From the NCBI GenBank assembly GCA_002633005.1, contig NMRA01000068.1, forward strand, positions 489,480-553,479: a stretch of DNA of 64,000 nt. Reading direction: 5' to 3'. A program made the position numbers and the translations under genes. Source of the DNA: Phoronis australis (lineage: Eukaryota; Animalia; Phoronida). Below the pieces are notes generated by a model. The model worked only from the letters and a program-made list of their open reading frames with translations, ran no database searches and was not told the origin of the DNA. Shown piece after piece: positions 51,228 to 64,000 of the stretch (position 1 is its first letter; each line of letters begins with the position of its first letter).

Positions 51228-52344
51228 CACAGGCGCTTGGGTTTATCGCAAATGACGTCACAATATATATATAAGAAAACATAAAGGTTGGACACTTAAA
51301 CTTTGCAAAGCCGAGGCTCCCAACTTCAACCGTCCAAAATCCAAATAAAATCTGCGTGCACCTCCCTCAGTCTGGTGTTGCATAAACCTTCGAAGCCTTA
51401 TCTTTTTTCCTAGATCCCATTAACTGTCTTCGTGAGTGGTGAATTGGCGATGGAATTTCCAAAACAATCTCAAAACTCTGAATTCAAGGACCTGAAATAG
51501 TAAACATGGCGGATTTCTGTTGCGCTTCAACTTGTACGCCTGACGTAGGTGAAACTTCAAGTTTGAGCAAGCAACCTATATTTCAAATTCAATAACTCTA
51601 ATCCAAAACTAAACTAATTGAGAATGTTAAAGTTAGTATTTTAATGATTATTTGTAACTTTATTCCACTGACGGCTCATTTTAGCCCTTAACTTAGAATT
51701 TTATTGCATAAACTGGCGTATCTTGTTTCTCATCTTGACAACACGCACTTTTCTGATTGAAGCACAACACACACTCGGCCAGAAAACGCAGCCCGTGCAA
51801 GTATTACAATGCGCGTGGCCGACGAGTTAATTCAATGGTTTTGGCCAAAAATAAAACCTTCATAAGAAATCACAGAACACAAAAAACTTCGCATATCAAT
51901 ACTGTATCAGGATAATTTATATTTGACACAAATATTTGAGTAATTACATTATTTGGCAATAAAGTGCTCTCTGCTTCTTATGATCAAGTAGTCGATGGAT
52001 TGACGGCGAAAGCCGCGCGAAATTAGACTTTCGGATTTAGCTCGGGAGCGTCGGTCAAAACCCGGATGTGCGAAGACCGTCTGCCATGACATCACGGAAT
52101 CAGGTCCTTGAATTTGTGATTTTGGCATTCTTTTGGCATTTTTGTCGCCAAATCACCACTCGAAGGCAATTTGAAGAGATATCAAATGAAAGAAGATATT
52201 CTAAGAGTTGTCCGATGCTAGTTTCGTGGAGTTCCATGCACATTTGAGTAGAAAATTCTGAGCAAACAGATTTCGAGTGTCCAACCTTTATGTTTTCTTA
52301 TATATATATTGTGACGTCATTTGCGATAAACCCAAGCGCCTGTG
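51228..52344. mobile_element. MITE with perfect 69-bp TIRs and 8-bp TSD (P-element-like)
   Basis: TIRs 51228-51296 and 52276-52344 (CACAGGCGCTTGGG...GGTTGGACACT); TSD ACGATGAG at 51220-51227 and 52345-52352. Confidence 0.9.
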
Positions 52345-55300
52345 ACGATGAGAGGGCGCTGCACACTCAGGATACAAAACTTCCGGTTTTACGGAGCGGT
52401 CGTGCCTTCGCTTTAAGATTTGGTAAAAAGTGATGAGTCGAATTGCTTGATTTTTTGGAGTTTTCAAGACTTGTAAAAACAAAATGCGTATACTGTTCTC
52501 TGTCATGTCATTTAAAACATTCACAACATAATTCAGACATGTTATGAGTTATTAACGCCAGAAACGTCTTCAGCTGATTTTCCCGTGTTTGGCACTTACA
52601 TATTCGCATCAGCTGATTTTTTGTTGCAATTACTATTGATGTTTGTTTAAATTGAGTACCGTACAAATCAGCTCATAACCATAAACACAAGTATTAACCA
52701 ACAAAAATGAATTTGTAACAGTGTTACGCAATAAATATTTGTAATTCACACAGCTTTGTTCCGGGGGGCCAAAGGCTAACTGACATTGACATATCATTTG
52801 CAAACCTTGAGTGTCAAAATGTTGTGTGTCAAAAACTTGCTGTCACTACTATCATAGGCCAAAAATACATTGTAAGGCAACTTCTAAACATAGCTACGAT
52901 TATGCAAAATTGGTTCGATACATTACACTTGTTGCTGTAAACAATCTTTATTCCATTCCGTTCGTATCGTCAGAACATTGATAAAGAAACTGACCAAGAG
53001 ACGACAAACGATATTTCGAAAATACTTGTTTCATCAAGTGGAAATAAAATGATACAGTAATACCACCACAGAGCAAAAGCTAGTCAAATATGCAATGGTA
53101 CACAGCAGGTGTGAAATACTGCAAAGACTGACAAATGGAGGGGGCAACAAGAATGTTGCGCAAACAAGTGCAGCATGACCCTGTTTGCTGCTCATTCAAA
53201 ACGGGCTTCGCGAATGTAATCAAAAGGGACTCTCAGTATTTTCAATAGCAGCACACCACGCTCTCTGAGTTGACGTATTCCCCACAGTTTCTTGACGAGT
53301 GATACTTATGATTATGAAGGTGGGCATGCTCATTAAGACCTAATGTCTATTTCTCTCTTTCAGTGTCTGAACATCCTCTAAATGTCACACATACATAGAA
53401 TATCTATAAAGTGGAACGAAGAGTTGTCACTGGAACGTGATTTTGTGAAAGTGAACTCTTCCCCAGGACTCTTCTATGGCTTTTTAACAAAAAACTAAGC
53501 TAATTTTCAGTATTGCATTGAGCGTGAATGTTTAATTGCCATAACAGAATCAGTTCCACTATTGAGTAGTGGAGATAATCAGTGAATTGAAGAAGTCAAA
53601 ATTTTGAAGGACCAGTTGGCACTGTAATTTACTTTAGGGTTTTGTGACGCCAACAGATATTAAGCGTTCGAAAGGAAACTTGTATGGTATATTTTTATAA
53701 ATTAATAAGTTTTTGTATTTTATACTAAGTGAAGGGAATTCAGTTTTAAGTGTTATATTTTTGCCTGCAGAAGAAAAAAGTTATAACATGAAATGAAACC
53801 ACCAACTGAAGCAAAATACCACAAAATTTGAAATAGAGAACATGAGAGGGAAAGAATCAGGTTATGAAAGGTGTTGTGTCAGCCTTATTTTTAGTGCTTA
53901 TCATATAGCTCAGCACACATAAAATAGACATTTTCATTTCTCTATTTTCCCAGTTCCAATGAGTAAGTAACAGGGGTCTGAGATTCCCCTGCCTTACTTG
54001 ACAATTGTTAAGTGAAAAATGACAACACAAATATACAATGGAATTGATTTTTACAATGACAAACAGGAAAAAACATAACGTTACATGAAGTCAGTGTTGC
54101 ATACATTTCTGAGAAGGAATACAAAAACACCCTTTGAATATTATGTTTTACAAAACAGAGCTGTCAGAGCAAAGCAAAATACAAATTTCATCAGAAACAC
54201 TTCAATAGTCTAAAATGGTAGCTTTAGACATGCCATTTATATATATATATATATATTTAAATTGTTTAGACGGCTCTCGAGTTATTTAATTTTTACAGCC
54301 TCAAAAACAGCCTTTTTTTCAGCAAATAGCACCTAAAAATTTCAGGCCACAAAAATATCGAGCTTAGACAACTATATTTGGGAATCCATAGCTTACTGTG
54401 TTGCTAAAACAAGATAGAGAGTCCTTTAGGTTAACAACATGACATCGTCACCAAACCACTTTTAAACGACAAAACACTTCAAGAATTACCATGGTTCGGT
54501 GAAAATATTCCTTTTGTTCCAAAATATTTCAAGACAATTCTAAAAATGAAATTGGTGTAAGAAATGAATTCAAAAGTATCAAAAACCAGAAATCTACTTT
54601 TTTTCAGAGTATTTCGTCATTTATTCAAAAATCTTTGAGGTTATATGCATTATTCTTTTATCCCCAAGTGAGATCAATGTTTTCACAATCTTAAGCTACG
54701 CACCATATGATAAAAATGATCATGTGCATTTTTAATTAAACAAAATTAAATTGGACAATAAAATTTCAAGAAAATTTAAATCAATTTCATTCCTGTCAAA
54801 TAATATAGGAATTGAGAGGTGTTGTGTTAGTGACCATCCAAAAAGAGCATACTCATATTCTAAACGGTTTTGATGCACTGCAGCCTTGAATAAACAATTA
54901 TTTTAATGCAAAATATAATTTTTTAAATATGAAACTGATCACAACATCACCACAAGGTAGAAAACGTGTTACAAAATTACTTTTGAAGAAAGTAGACTGA
55001 AGCTATCCCCAAAACTGAAGTTAAATTGAATTTTAAAAATATTCTGTACTGTTTAAATGAAAATATTTCACCAATATGGGTCACTTTATATAATTTAGGG
55101 AAGTTTTGAGTGGTTCTGTTTCATCCATTTGATCAATCAAATTTGAGTTCAGTTTTAACCCTGGAAAGGTCAGCACGGATCTTGAAAAATGACTGAATTT
55201 ACCTTTTTTGGAAGTATTGCTAAATGGAAATGGTGAAATGAAGTGAAAAAAATTGATGAGGAATGGATTAGGACTCTATAGTAATTGTTACGTTAAGAGT

Positions 55301-55435
55301 ACATTTGCAGGATTTTTCCAGGTTAGAAATTGAAAAGGCACTAAATGAAAAAATACATTTTCCCATACTTTTATCAAAAATAAATAAATAAAAATGTACA
55401 CTTAAGGCAGAATTTTTTAGCAAACAGGTTGACAT

Positions 55436-55589
55436 CAATAGCGGATTTAGAGGGGGCCAAGAAGGCTACACCCCCCTACAATTCCCCCAGATTCCATTTG
55501 GCAGATCGGGGTGCCAATGTCTGAATGACAAAATCCTGGCTAATACTCTTCTCTGGTCCCCCTAACACAAAATCCTGGATCCGCCCCTG
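55436..55589. mobile_element. Short MITE (CAATAGCGGATTTAG...GGATCCGCCCCTG)
   Basis: Imperfect TIRs; flanks GACAT/GATAT. Confidence 0.7.
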
Positions 55590-56089
55590 GATATACATAT
55601 CATTAAAATCGGTTCAGTAATGGCCATTTAGCAACTGAAAATTTATCCCCTTCTCAAGTGCTTCAGTACTTTGATTTTTAAAAAAATTCATGAAGGCCCC
55701 CATTTGTTGAAACGGATATCAATATAAAGGAGAAAGTTTAAATATTTCGCTGGCATACTTTTCATTTTCCACCACATTTCATGCAAATATATATGAACTT
55801 CTGAAAATCATGAAAAGTGGCAAAATTTCGCTCTTGCTGAATGTTGGATTATTGCCTTTATATTGGCCCAAGTAAACCATGGCGTATGTATTGAAGACGT
55901 AGTGACGAATGAGAAACTACATTTAGGTCGAGCCAAAATTCATACAAAATCACAAAATTCAAACTAAATTTCATCGAAAACGACTGAGAATTGAACTAGT
56001 GAAAAAAATTATCCATTTAGCTCAACCTTTTCATTGGACCAAACTCCTCTATTTCGTGTGTTGAAGTGTGCCAGCAGGCGGGCCGATCA

Positions 56090-56330
56090 ACAACAACTTG
56101 TCGAGTTGTTGCAACCAATAGATCTTGCTTCTTGTTCGCTAAGATGCTTCTTCCATGCAATAACAACCACATTGTATTGCAATATACAAAAGATCTTAAG
56201 ATTGTATTTATTTTGCATAAAATTCCAGCCAAGAATTTTATTTTCATTATCTAGAAAATCTTCGCAAAATAACAGTCCCTCTTCAAGCATTTCTCGGCAA
56301 AATACTGATTAATTGCTAAGCAAAATGTTT
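56090..56330 (-). pseudogene. L1/Tx1 ORF2 post-RT fragment
   Basis: EEGLLFCEDFLDNENKILGWNFMQNKYNLKIFCILQYN...WKKHL parallels the segment GLRFIRDMY...NFVEYNG in the LINE at 21145-22392. Confidence 0.6.
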
Positions 56331-57146
56331 TGATTATTTCACAAGACCTGTTTGTTAACAGTCCTGTCAATATTACCTCTCAAAATGCAATTTTTCAATA
56401 TACTGCCAAACATTTTTGTTTTCAACACCCACCACAACCCATGCTTCTTATTCCCTCTTCCCCCCTATCCAATCATTATTATTAGTAGTAGTGACGTCAA
56501 ATGGTCATATTCAATGGACCATTGCACCAAGAAACTAGGAAATTTACAATTGTTCACTGAACACGTTTGCTAGCCACTTTCATGTAGAAACCCGTGAGAT
56601 GTTGCTTCACCCTTTTGTGACGCGACGGAACATCCAAACACACAACACACCACCACACTTGCAAACAAACTGGCTGATCTACACACACATGACCACATGA
56701 CGTACTTAAAATTTGAACATTTGTTGACTACAATGACAGGTGTTGTAGCTGACGGAAACGTAGAAGGCATCACATCCAAACAACAAAAATGAGCTCAAAA
56801 CAGTGACAGAGTGCCCCTTTAGTTACAGTTTGACAGTCTTTTTACTCGATGATGGCCTCGAATTTAACAATACCTACAAGAAAGAAAAAAACTTTTGCTG
56901 GAAAAGACGGATCCAAAACAGCGCTAAAGGAAAGAGAAGAAATGGAAAGGACAGGGTTAAGAAATAACGGAGTTGCAACCGAATCGATTTAACTATTGCA
57001 CATGCCCGGAAATCAAGGTTCGCAAAGGCTAGTGGGATTGATTAACGTATGTGAAATGGCCGATTGGTTTGCACAACGTGTAATTTGTGTGCATTAAACT
57101 AAGCTGCTGTATGTAATTCTGCCGCTGTTCGCCCTAATAAGCGCCN

Positions 57147-60100
57147 ATGGCCTCCAATGGCCTTCAGTGGCCTCCACTGGTCTTTACTTCCCTCCACTGG
57201 CCTCCAATGGCCACCACTGGCCTGCAGTGGCCTCCACTGGCCTCCACTGGCCACCACTGGCCCACACTGGCCACCATTGTCCTCCACCGGTCCCCACTGG
57301 GATACACTGGCCCCCAATGGACTCCACTGGCCTCCAGTGTGCTCCACTGGCAGCCACGGACCTCCAATGGCCTCCACTGATCTCCACTGGCCTCCCCTTG
57401 ACTCCACTGGCCTCCAGTGGCCTCTACTGAGCTCCAATGGATTCCGGAGGCATCCACTGGCCTGCCTCCACTATCCTCCACTGGCCTCCACTGGCCTCCA
57501 CTGGCCACCAGTGTACCCCACTGCCCACCACTGTCCTCCACTGGTCTCCACTTGTCTAAACTGGCATCCACTGGCCTTCACTGACCTCCAATGGACTCCA
57601 CGGGCCTCCAGTGTGGTCCACTGGCAGCCACGGACCTCCAATGGCCTCCACTGATCTCCACTGGCCTCCACTGGACTCCACTGGCCTACAATGGCCTCCA
57701 ATGGCCTTCAGTGGCCTCCACTGGTCTTTACTTGCCATCACTGGCCTTCACTGGCCTCCACTGGCCTCCACTGGCCACCCCTGTCCTCCACTGGCCTCCA
57801 CTGGCCTTCACTGGCCTCCAATGGACTCCACGGGCCTCCAGTTTGCTCCTCTGGNTGGCCTCCAGTGGCCTCTAATGGTCTCAAGTGGGCTTCACTGGAT
57901 TCCGCAGGCATCTACTGGCCTGCCTCCACTATCCTCCAATGGCCTCCCCTGGCCTCCACTGGCCACCACTGGCCCACACTGGCCACCACTGTCCTCCACT
58001 GGCATTCACTGACCTGCAATGGACTCCAGGGGCTTTCAGTTTGCTTCACTGGCCGCCACGGACCTCCAATAGCCTACACTGTTCTCCAGTGGCATCCACT
58101 GTACTCCACTGGCCTCCAATGGCCGCGAATGGCATTCAATGGCCTCCACTGGTATTTAGTGGACTCCACTGGCCTCCACTGGCCACCACTGGCCTCCAAT
58201 GGCCTCTACTGGCCTCCACAGGGCTCCACTGGATTCCGCAGGCATCCACTGGCCGGCCCCAACTATCCTCCACTGGCCACCACTGGCCTTCAATGGCCTC
58301 CACTGTCCTCCACTGGCCCACACTGGCCACCACTGTCCTCCACTGGTCTCCTCTGGAATCCACTGGCCTTCACTGACCTCCAGTGTACTCCACGGGCCTC
58401 CAGTTTGCTCCACTGGCAGCCACGGACCTCCAATGTTGTTCACTGATCTCCACTGGCCTCCACTTGACTCCACTGTCCTCCAGTGGCCTCTACTGAGCCC
58501 CACTGGATTTCGCAGGCATCCACTGGCCTGCCTCCACTATCCTCCACTTGCCTCCACTGGCCTCCACTGGCCACCAGTGCCCCACACTGGCCACCACTGT
58601 CCTCCACTGGTCTCCACTGGTCTCCACTGGCATCCACTGGCCTTCACTGACCTCCAATAGACTCCACGGGCCTCCAGTGTGCTCCACTGGCAGCCACGGA
58701 CCTCCAATGGCCTCCACTGATATCCACTGACCTCCACTGGACTCCACTGTCCTCCAATTGTCTCCAATGGCCCTCAGTGGCCTTCACTGGTCTTTACTTG
58801 CCACCACTGGCCTTCACAGGCCTCCACTGGCCTCCACTGGCCACCACTGAATTCCACTGGCCGCCTCCACTGGCCTCCGCGTTCCTCCACTGGTCTCAAA
58901 TGGCCTCCGCTGGCCTTCACTGGCCTTCACTGGCCTCCACTGGCCTGCACTGGCCTAAACTGGCCTCTACTGGCCACCACTGGCCCACACTGGCCACCAC
59001 TGTCCTCCACCGGACCCCACTGGCATACACTGGCCTTCACTGGCCTCCACTGGCCTTCACTGGCCTCCAATGGACTCCACGGGCCTCCAGTTTGCTCCAC
59101 TGGCAGCCACGGACCTCCAACTCCAATCTTGTTCACTGATCTCCACTGGCCTCCCCTTGACTTCACTGGCCTCCAGTGGCCTCCAGTTGCCTGCAGTGGC
59201 CTCCACTGGCCTCCACTGGCCTCCAGTGACCTCCAGTGGCCTCCACTGGCCTCCACTGGCCTCCAGTGACCTCCAGTGGCCTCCACTGGCCACCACTGGC
59301 CTCCACTGGCCTCCATAGGCCTCGAATGGTCTCCACCGGCCTCCACTGGCCTCCTCTGACCTCTACTGGGTTCCAATCGCCTTCACTGGCCTCCACTGGC
59401 GTCTACTGGTCTCCACGGGCATCCATAGGCCTCTACTGGCCTCCACTAGCCTCCACTGGCCTCCACTAGCCTCCACCGGCCTCTGCTGGAGTCCACTGGT
59501 CTCCACTGGGCTCCACTGGGCTCCACTGACCCCCCTGGTTTCCATTGTCCTCCACTGCCCTCCACTGGGCTCCACCGGCCTCTACTGCCCTCCACTGGCA
59601 TCCACGGGCCTCCACTGGTATCCACTGCCCTGCAATGGACTCCACTAGCCTCCACTGGACTTCACTGGCCTCCATTGGCCTCCACTGTCTTCCACTGGCC
59701 CTCACTGGCCTCCACTGGCCTCCACTAAGCCCCACTGAGATCAACTGTCCTCCATTGTCCTCCAATGGGCTCCAATGGCCTCCACCGCCCTCCACTCGCC
59801 TCCACGGGCTTCCACTGTCCTCCACTGGACTCCAATAGCCTCCACTGACCTCCAGGGTCTCGACTGCCATCCACTAGCCTTCACGGGCCCCCACTGGTCT
59901 CCACTGCCATCCACTGGACTCCACTGGCCACCACTGGCCTCCACTGGCCTCCAATTACCTCCTCTATCATCCACTGGCCTCCACTGGACTCCACGGTTCT
60001 CCATAGGCCTCCACTGGCCTCCACTGGCCTCTACTGGTCTCCACGTTGGCCTAAACTGGCCTACACTGGCCTCCACTGGCCTCCACTGGCCTCCACTGGC

Positions 60101-63100
60101 CTCCACTGGCCTCCACTGGCCTACACTGGCGTCGACTGGCCTAAACTGGCCTCCACTGACCTCCACGGGCCTCCATAGGCCTCCACTGGCCTCCACTGGC
60201 ATCCATTGTCCTCCACTGTCCTCCACTGGCTTCGTCTGGCCTCCACTGGCCTCCACTGGCCTCCACTGACCTCCACTGGCCACCACTGTCCTCCATTGGC
60301 CTCCACTGGCCTCCACTGGATTCCACTAGCCTCCACTGGCCTCCACAGGACTCCACTGGGCTCCAGTGGCCTCCACTGGCCTCCACTGGCCTCCATTGGC
60401 CTCCACTGGCCTCCACTGGCCTCCACTGGCGTCCACTGGCCTAAACTGGCCTCCACTGACCTCCACTGGCCTCCACTGGCCTCCACTGGCCTCCACGGGC
60501 CTCCACGGGCCTCCAGGGACCTCCACTGGCCTCCAAAGGCCTCCACAGGAATCCACTGGCCTCCACTGGCCTCCACTGGCCTCCACTGGCCACGACTGTC
60601 CTCCACTGGCCACCACTGGCCTCCACTGGCCTCCTATGGCCTCCACTGTCCTCCACTGGCCTCCAGTGGCCTCCACTGGCCTCCACGGGCCTCCACTGGC
60701 CTCCACTGGCCACCACTAGCCTCCACTGGCCTCCTATGGCCTCCACTGTCCTCCACTGGCCTCCAGTGGCCTCCACTGGCCTCCACGGGCCTCCACTGGC
60801 CTCCACTGGCCTCCACTGGCCTCCAAGGTCCGCCACTGTCCTCCATTGGCCTCCAGTGGCTTCCACTGGCCTCCACTGGCCTCCACTGGCCATCACTGGA
60901 CTACGCTGTCTTCCACTGGCCTCCACTGGCCTCCACTGCCCTCCAGTGGCCTGACCTATCCTCCACTGGCCTCCATTGGCCTGCACTGGCCTCCACTTTC
61001 CTCCACTGGCCTCCACAGGCCTCCACTGGCCTCCTGGCCCGTGGAGGCCAGTGGAGGTCAGTGGAGGCCAGTGGAGGCCAGTGTAGGCCAATGAAGGCCA
61101 ATAGTGGTTATTGGATTCCAGTGGAGGACATTGGATTCCAGTGGAGGCTAGTGGAGGCACGTGGAGGCCAGTGGAGGCCAGTGGAGGACATTGAAGGCCA
61201 TTGGAGGCCAGTTGAGGCCAGTGGAGGCCAGTGGAGGAGTGTGGCGGCCGCTCAAAGCCACTGGGGACCACTGGAGGCCACTAAAGGCCACTAGAGGACA
61301 TTGAAGGCCATGGGAGGCCACCGAAGGACAACAGATACCACTGAAGCCCACCAAAAACCACTGGAGGTCACTGGAGGTCAGTGAAAGCCGCTGCAAGCCA
61401 CTGGAGGCGTCTGGAGGCCATTGGAGGCTACTGGAGGAGACACTGGAGGACACTGGAAGGCACTGGAGGCCAAAGGAAGCCCGTGGAAGCCACTGAAGGT
61501 CACTGAAAGCAACTGGAGGCCACTGGAGGACACTGGAAGTCACTGGAGGCCAGTGAAGTGCACTGGAGGCCACTGGAGGCCACAGAACTCCATTGGAGGC
61601 CACTGGAGGCCACTAGAGAAAACTGGATGTCACTGGAGGCCACTGGAGAGTACTGGAGAGCGCTGGAGGTCACTGGAGTCCACTGGAGGACACTGGAGGC
61701 CACTGGAGGCCACTGGAGTCCAGTGGCGGCCAGTGGACGCCAGTGGAGGCCATTGGAGGCCAGTGGGGAGCAGTGGGGCCAGTAGAGGCCAGTGGAGGCC
61801 TCGAGAGACCGCTCAAAGACACTGGAGGTCAGTGAAGGCTGTTAGAGTCCGCTGGAAGCCGCTGGAAGCCATTGGAGGACACGGGTGGCCGCAGGAGGCC
61901 ACGGGGGGCCACTGGAGGCCACGGGAGGCCACTGGAGGCCACGGGGGGCCATTGGAGGCCACGGTGGGCCACTAGAGCCCACGGTAGGAACTGGAGGCCA
62001 CTAGAGATAACTGGAGGCCTTGGGAAGCCACTGGAAGCCACCCGAGGCCACTAAAAGCCACTGGACACCACTGGAGTCCACTGAAAGCCACTGGTGGCCT
62101 CTGGAGTTCACTGGAGGACACTGGAAGGCACTGGAGGCCACAAGAACCCACGAGAGGCAACTGGAGCTCACGAGAGCCCATTGGAGGCCACGGGAAGCCC
62201 ATTGAGGCCACCTGAGGCCACTCAAAGCCACTGGACAGCACTGGAGACCACTGGAGGTCACTGGTGTCCACTGGAGTCAACTGGAGGACACTGGAAAGCC
62301 CTAGAGGCCAATGGAGGCCAATGGAGGTCACTAAAGGCCACTGGAGGCCACTGGAGGAGACGGGAGGCCACTGGAGAAAATGGGAGGATACCCAAAGCCA
62401 CTGTGGACAACTGGAGGCCATTGGAGGCCACTGGAGTCTTGTGGAGGCCACTGGAGGGTAATGGAGGCCACTTGAAGCCGCTGGAGGTCATAGAAGGCCA
62501 TTGGATGCCACTGGACGCCAGTGGAGGTCACTGGAGGCCAAGAAGGCCACTGGAAGCCAAGGCAGGCAACTCAAAGCCCCTGGAGACCTCTGGAGGCCAC
62601 TGGAGTCCACTTCAGAACACTGGAGGCCACTGGAGGCCACTGGAGTCCTCTGGATGTAACTGGAGGCCACTGGAGGCCTCTGAACGCCACTGAAAGCCAC
62701 TGGAGGCAACTGGAGGCCACTGAAGGCAACTGGAAAACACTGGAGGACACTGGAAGCCAGGCAAGGCCACGGGAGGCTACGGGAGGCCGCTCAAAGCCAC
62801 TGCGGACCACTGGAGGCCACTAAAGGCCACTAGAGGACATTGAAGGCCACGGGACGCCACCGAAGGCCAACAGATACCACTGAAGCCCACCGAAAACCAC
62901 TGGAGGCCACTGGAGGTCAGTGAAAGCCGCTGCAGGCCGCTGGAGGAGTCTGGAGGCCACTGGAGGCTACTGGAGGAGACACTGGAGGACACTGGAAGGC
63001 ACTGGATGCCAAAGGAAGCCACTGGAAGCCACTGAAGGACAATGAAAAAGACTGGAGGCCACTGGAGGACACTGGAGGTCATTGGAGGCCACTGAAGGGC

Positions 63101-64000
63101 ACTGGAGGCCACTGGAGGCCACTAAAGGAAACTGGAGGTCACTGGAGGCCACTGGAGGGCACTGGAGAGCGCTGGAGGTCACTGGAGTCCACTGGAGGAC
63201 ACTGGAGGCCACTGGAGGCCACTGGAGGCCCTTGGAGTACCCTGGAGTCCAGTGGAGGCCAGTGGACGCCAGTGGAGGCCATTGGAGGCCAGTGGGGGGC
63301 AGTGGGGCCAGTGGAGGCCAGTGGAGGTCAGTGGAGGTCAGTGGAGACCAGCGGATTGCCGTGGAGGCCAGTGGAAGCTATTGGAGGAAAGTGGAGGCCA
63401 GTGGACTCCAGTTGAGGCCAGTGGAGGCCATTGGAGGCCACTGGAGGCCAGTGGAGGACAGTGGAGTCCAGTGAAAGCCNTGGAGGCCAGTGGAGGCCAG
63501 CAGAAACCAGTAAAGCCCAGCGGAGGCCAGTGGAGGCCAGTGTAGGCCAGTGGAGGCCAGTGGAGATCAGGGGAGGCCCCTGGAGTCCCGTCGAGGCCAT
63601 TGGAGGATAGTGCAGGCCAGTGGATGCCAGTGGAGACCATGGAGGCCAATGGAGGCCCGTGGAGGTAACTGGACGCCACTGAAATAAAAAGGAAGCCACT
63701 GGAGGTCATTGAAGGAAACTGGAGTCCACCGGAGACCACTGGAGACCACTGGGAGCCACTGCAGGCCACTGGAGCCCACGCAAAACCACTGGAGACCCCG
63801 GGAGGCCAGTGGAGGACACGGGAGGCCACTCAAAGCCACTGTGGACAACTGGAGGCCACTGGAGGCCATTGGAGGCCAGTGGGGGGGCAGTGGGGCCAGT
63901 GGAGGCCAGTGGAGGCCAGTGGAGGCCATTGGAGGTCAGTGGAGGCCAGTGGAGGGCAGTGGAGGCCAGTGGTGTCCAGTGGAGGCCAGTGGAGGCCATT
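57147..64000. repeat. GC-rich 10-bp satellite (GGCCTCCACT)n with internal inversion near 61035 and higher-order repeats
   Basis: Several hundred monomers. Forward orientation at 57147-61034, reverse (GGAGGCCA[G/C]T)n from about 61035 to the window end. N gaps at 57146, 57855 and 63480. Confidence 0.97.

Noticed and set aside
57099-63999. Dozens of overlapping ORFs (WPPLASTGLH / QWRPVEASGG repeats) as repetitive protein genes
   Set aside because: A stop-free 10-mer gives the same decapeptide in all frames on both strands. There are frequent indels, no splice signals and no frame preference.

Overview
AT-rich, intron-containing, repeat-dense eukaryotic DNA, inferred to be from a marine invertebrate. 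It is not prokaryotic, and I saw no rRNA, intact tRNA or CRISPR array. The first half holds the 3' part of a + strand gene for an EF-hand/GAF-domain protein (EFCAB5-like). I reconstructed 16 GT-AG exons with consistent phases (6848-31382, about 1060 codons); the 5' end was not found. Introns and downstream DNA carry nested mobile elements. These include an internally deleted Gypsy LTR element with both LTRs, PBS, PPT and TSD, and a Helentron/HINE-like element whose ~143-bp internal repeats each carry a CTCF-like motif and host an L1/Tx1 insertion. There are also TTAA-flanked Kolobok-like elements (one with convergent THAP and second-ORF remnants), a P-like MITE with perfect 69-bp TIRs, and further Gypsy, LINE and Penelope fragments. 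The last 6.85 kb is a GC-rich 10-bp satellite, (GGCCTCCACT)n, with higher-order repeats, an internal strand inversion and four orientation variants. A 1.4-kb duplication across a single N is probably an assembly artefact. All calls were made by eye, without database searches.
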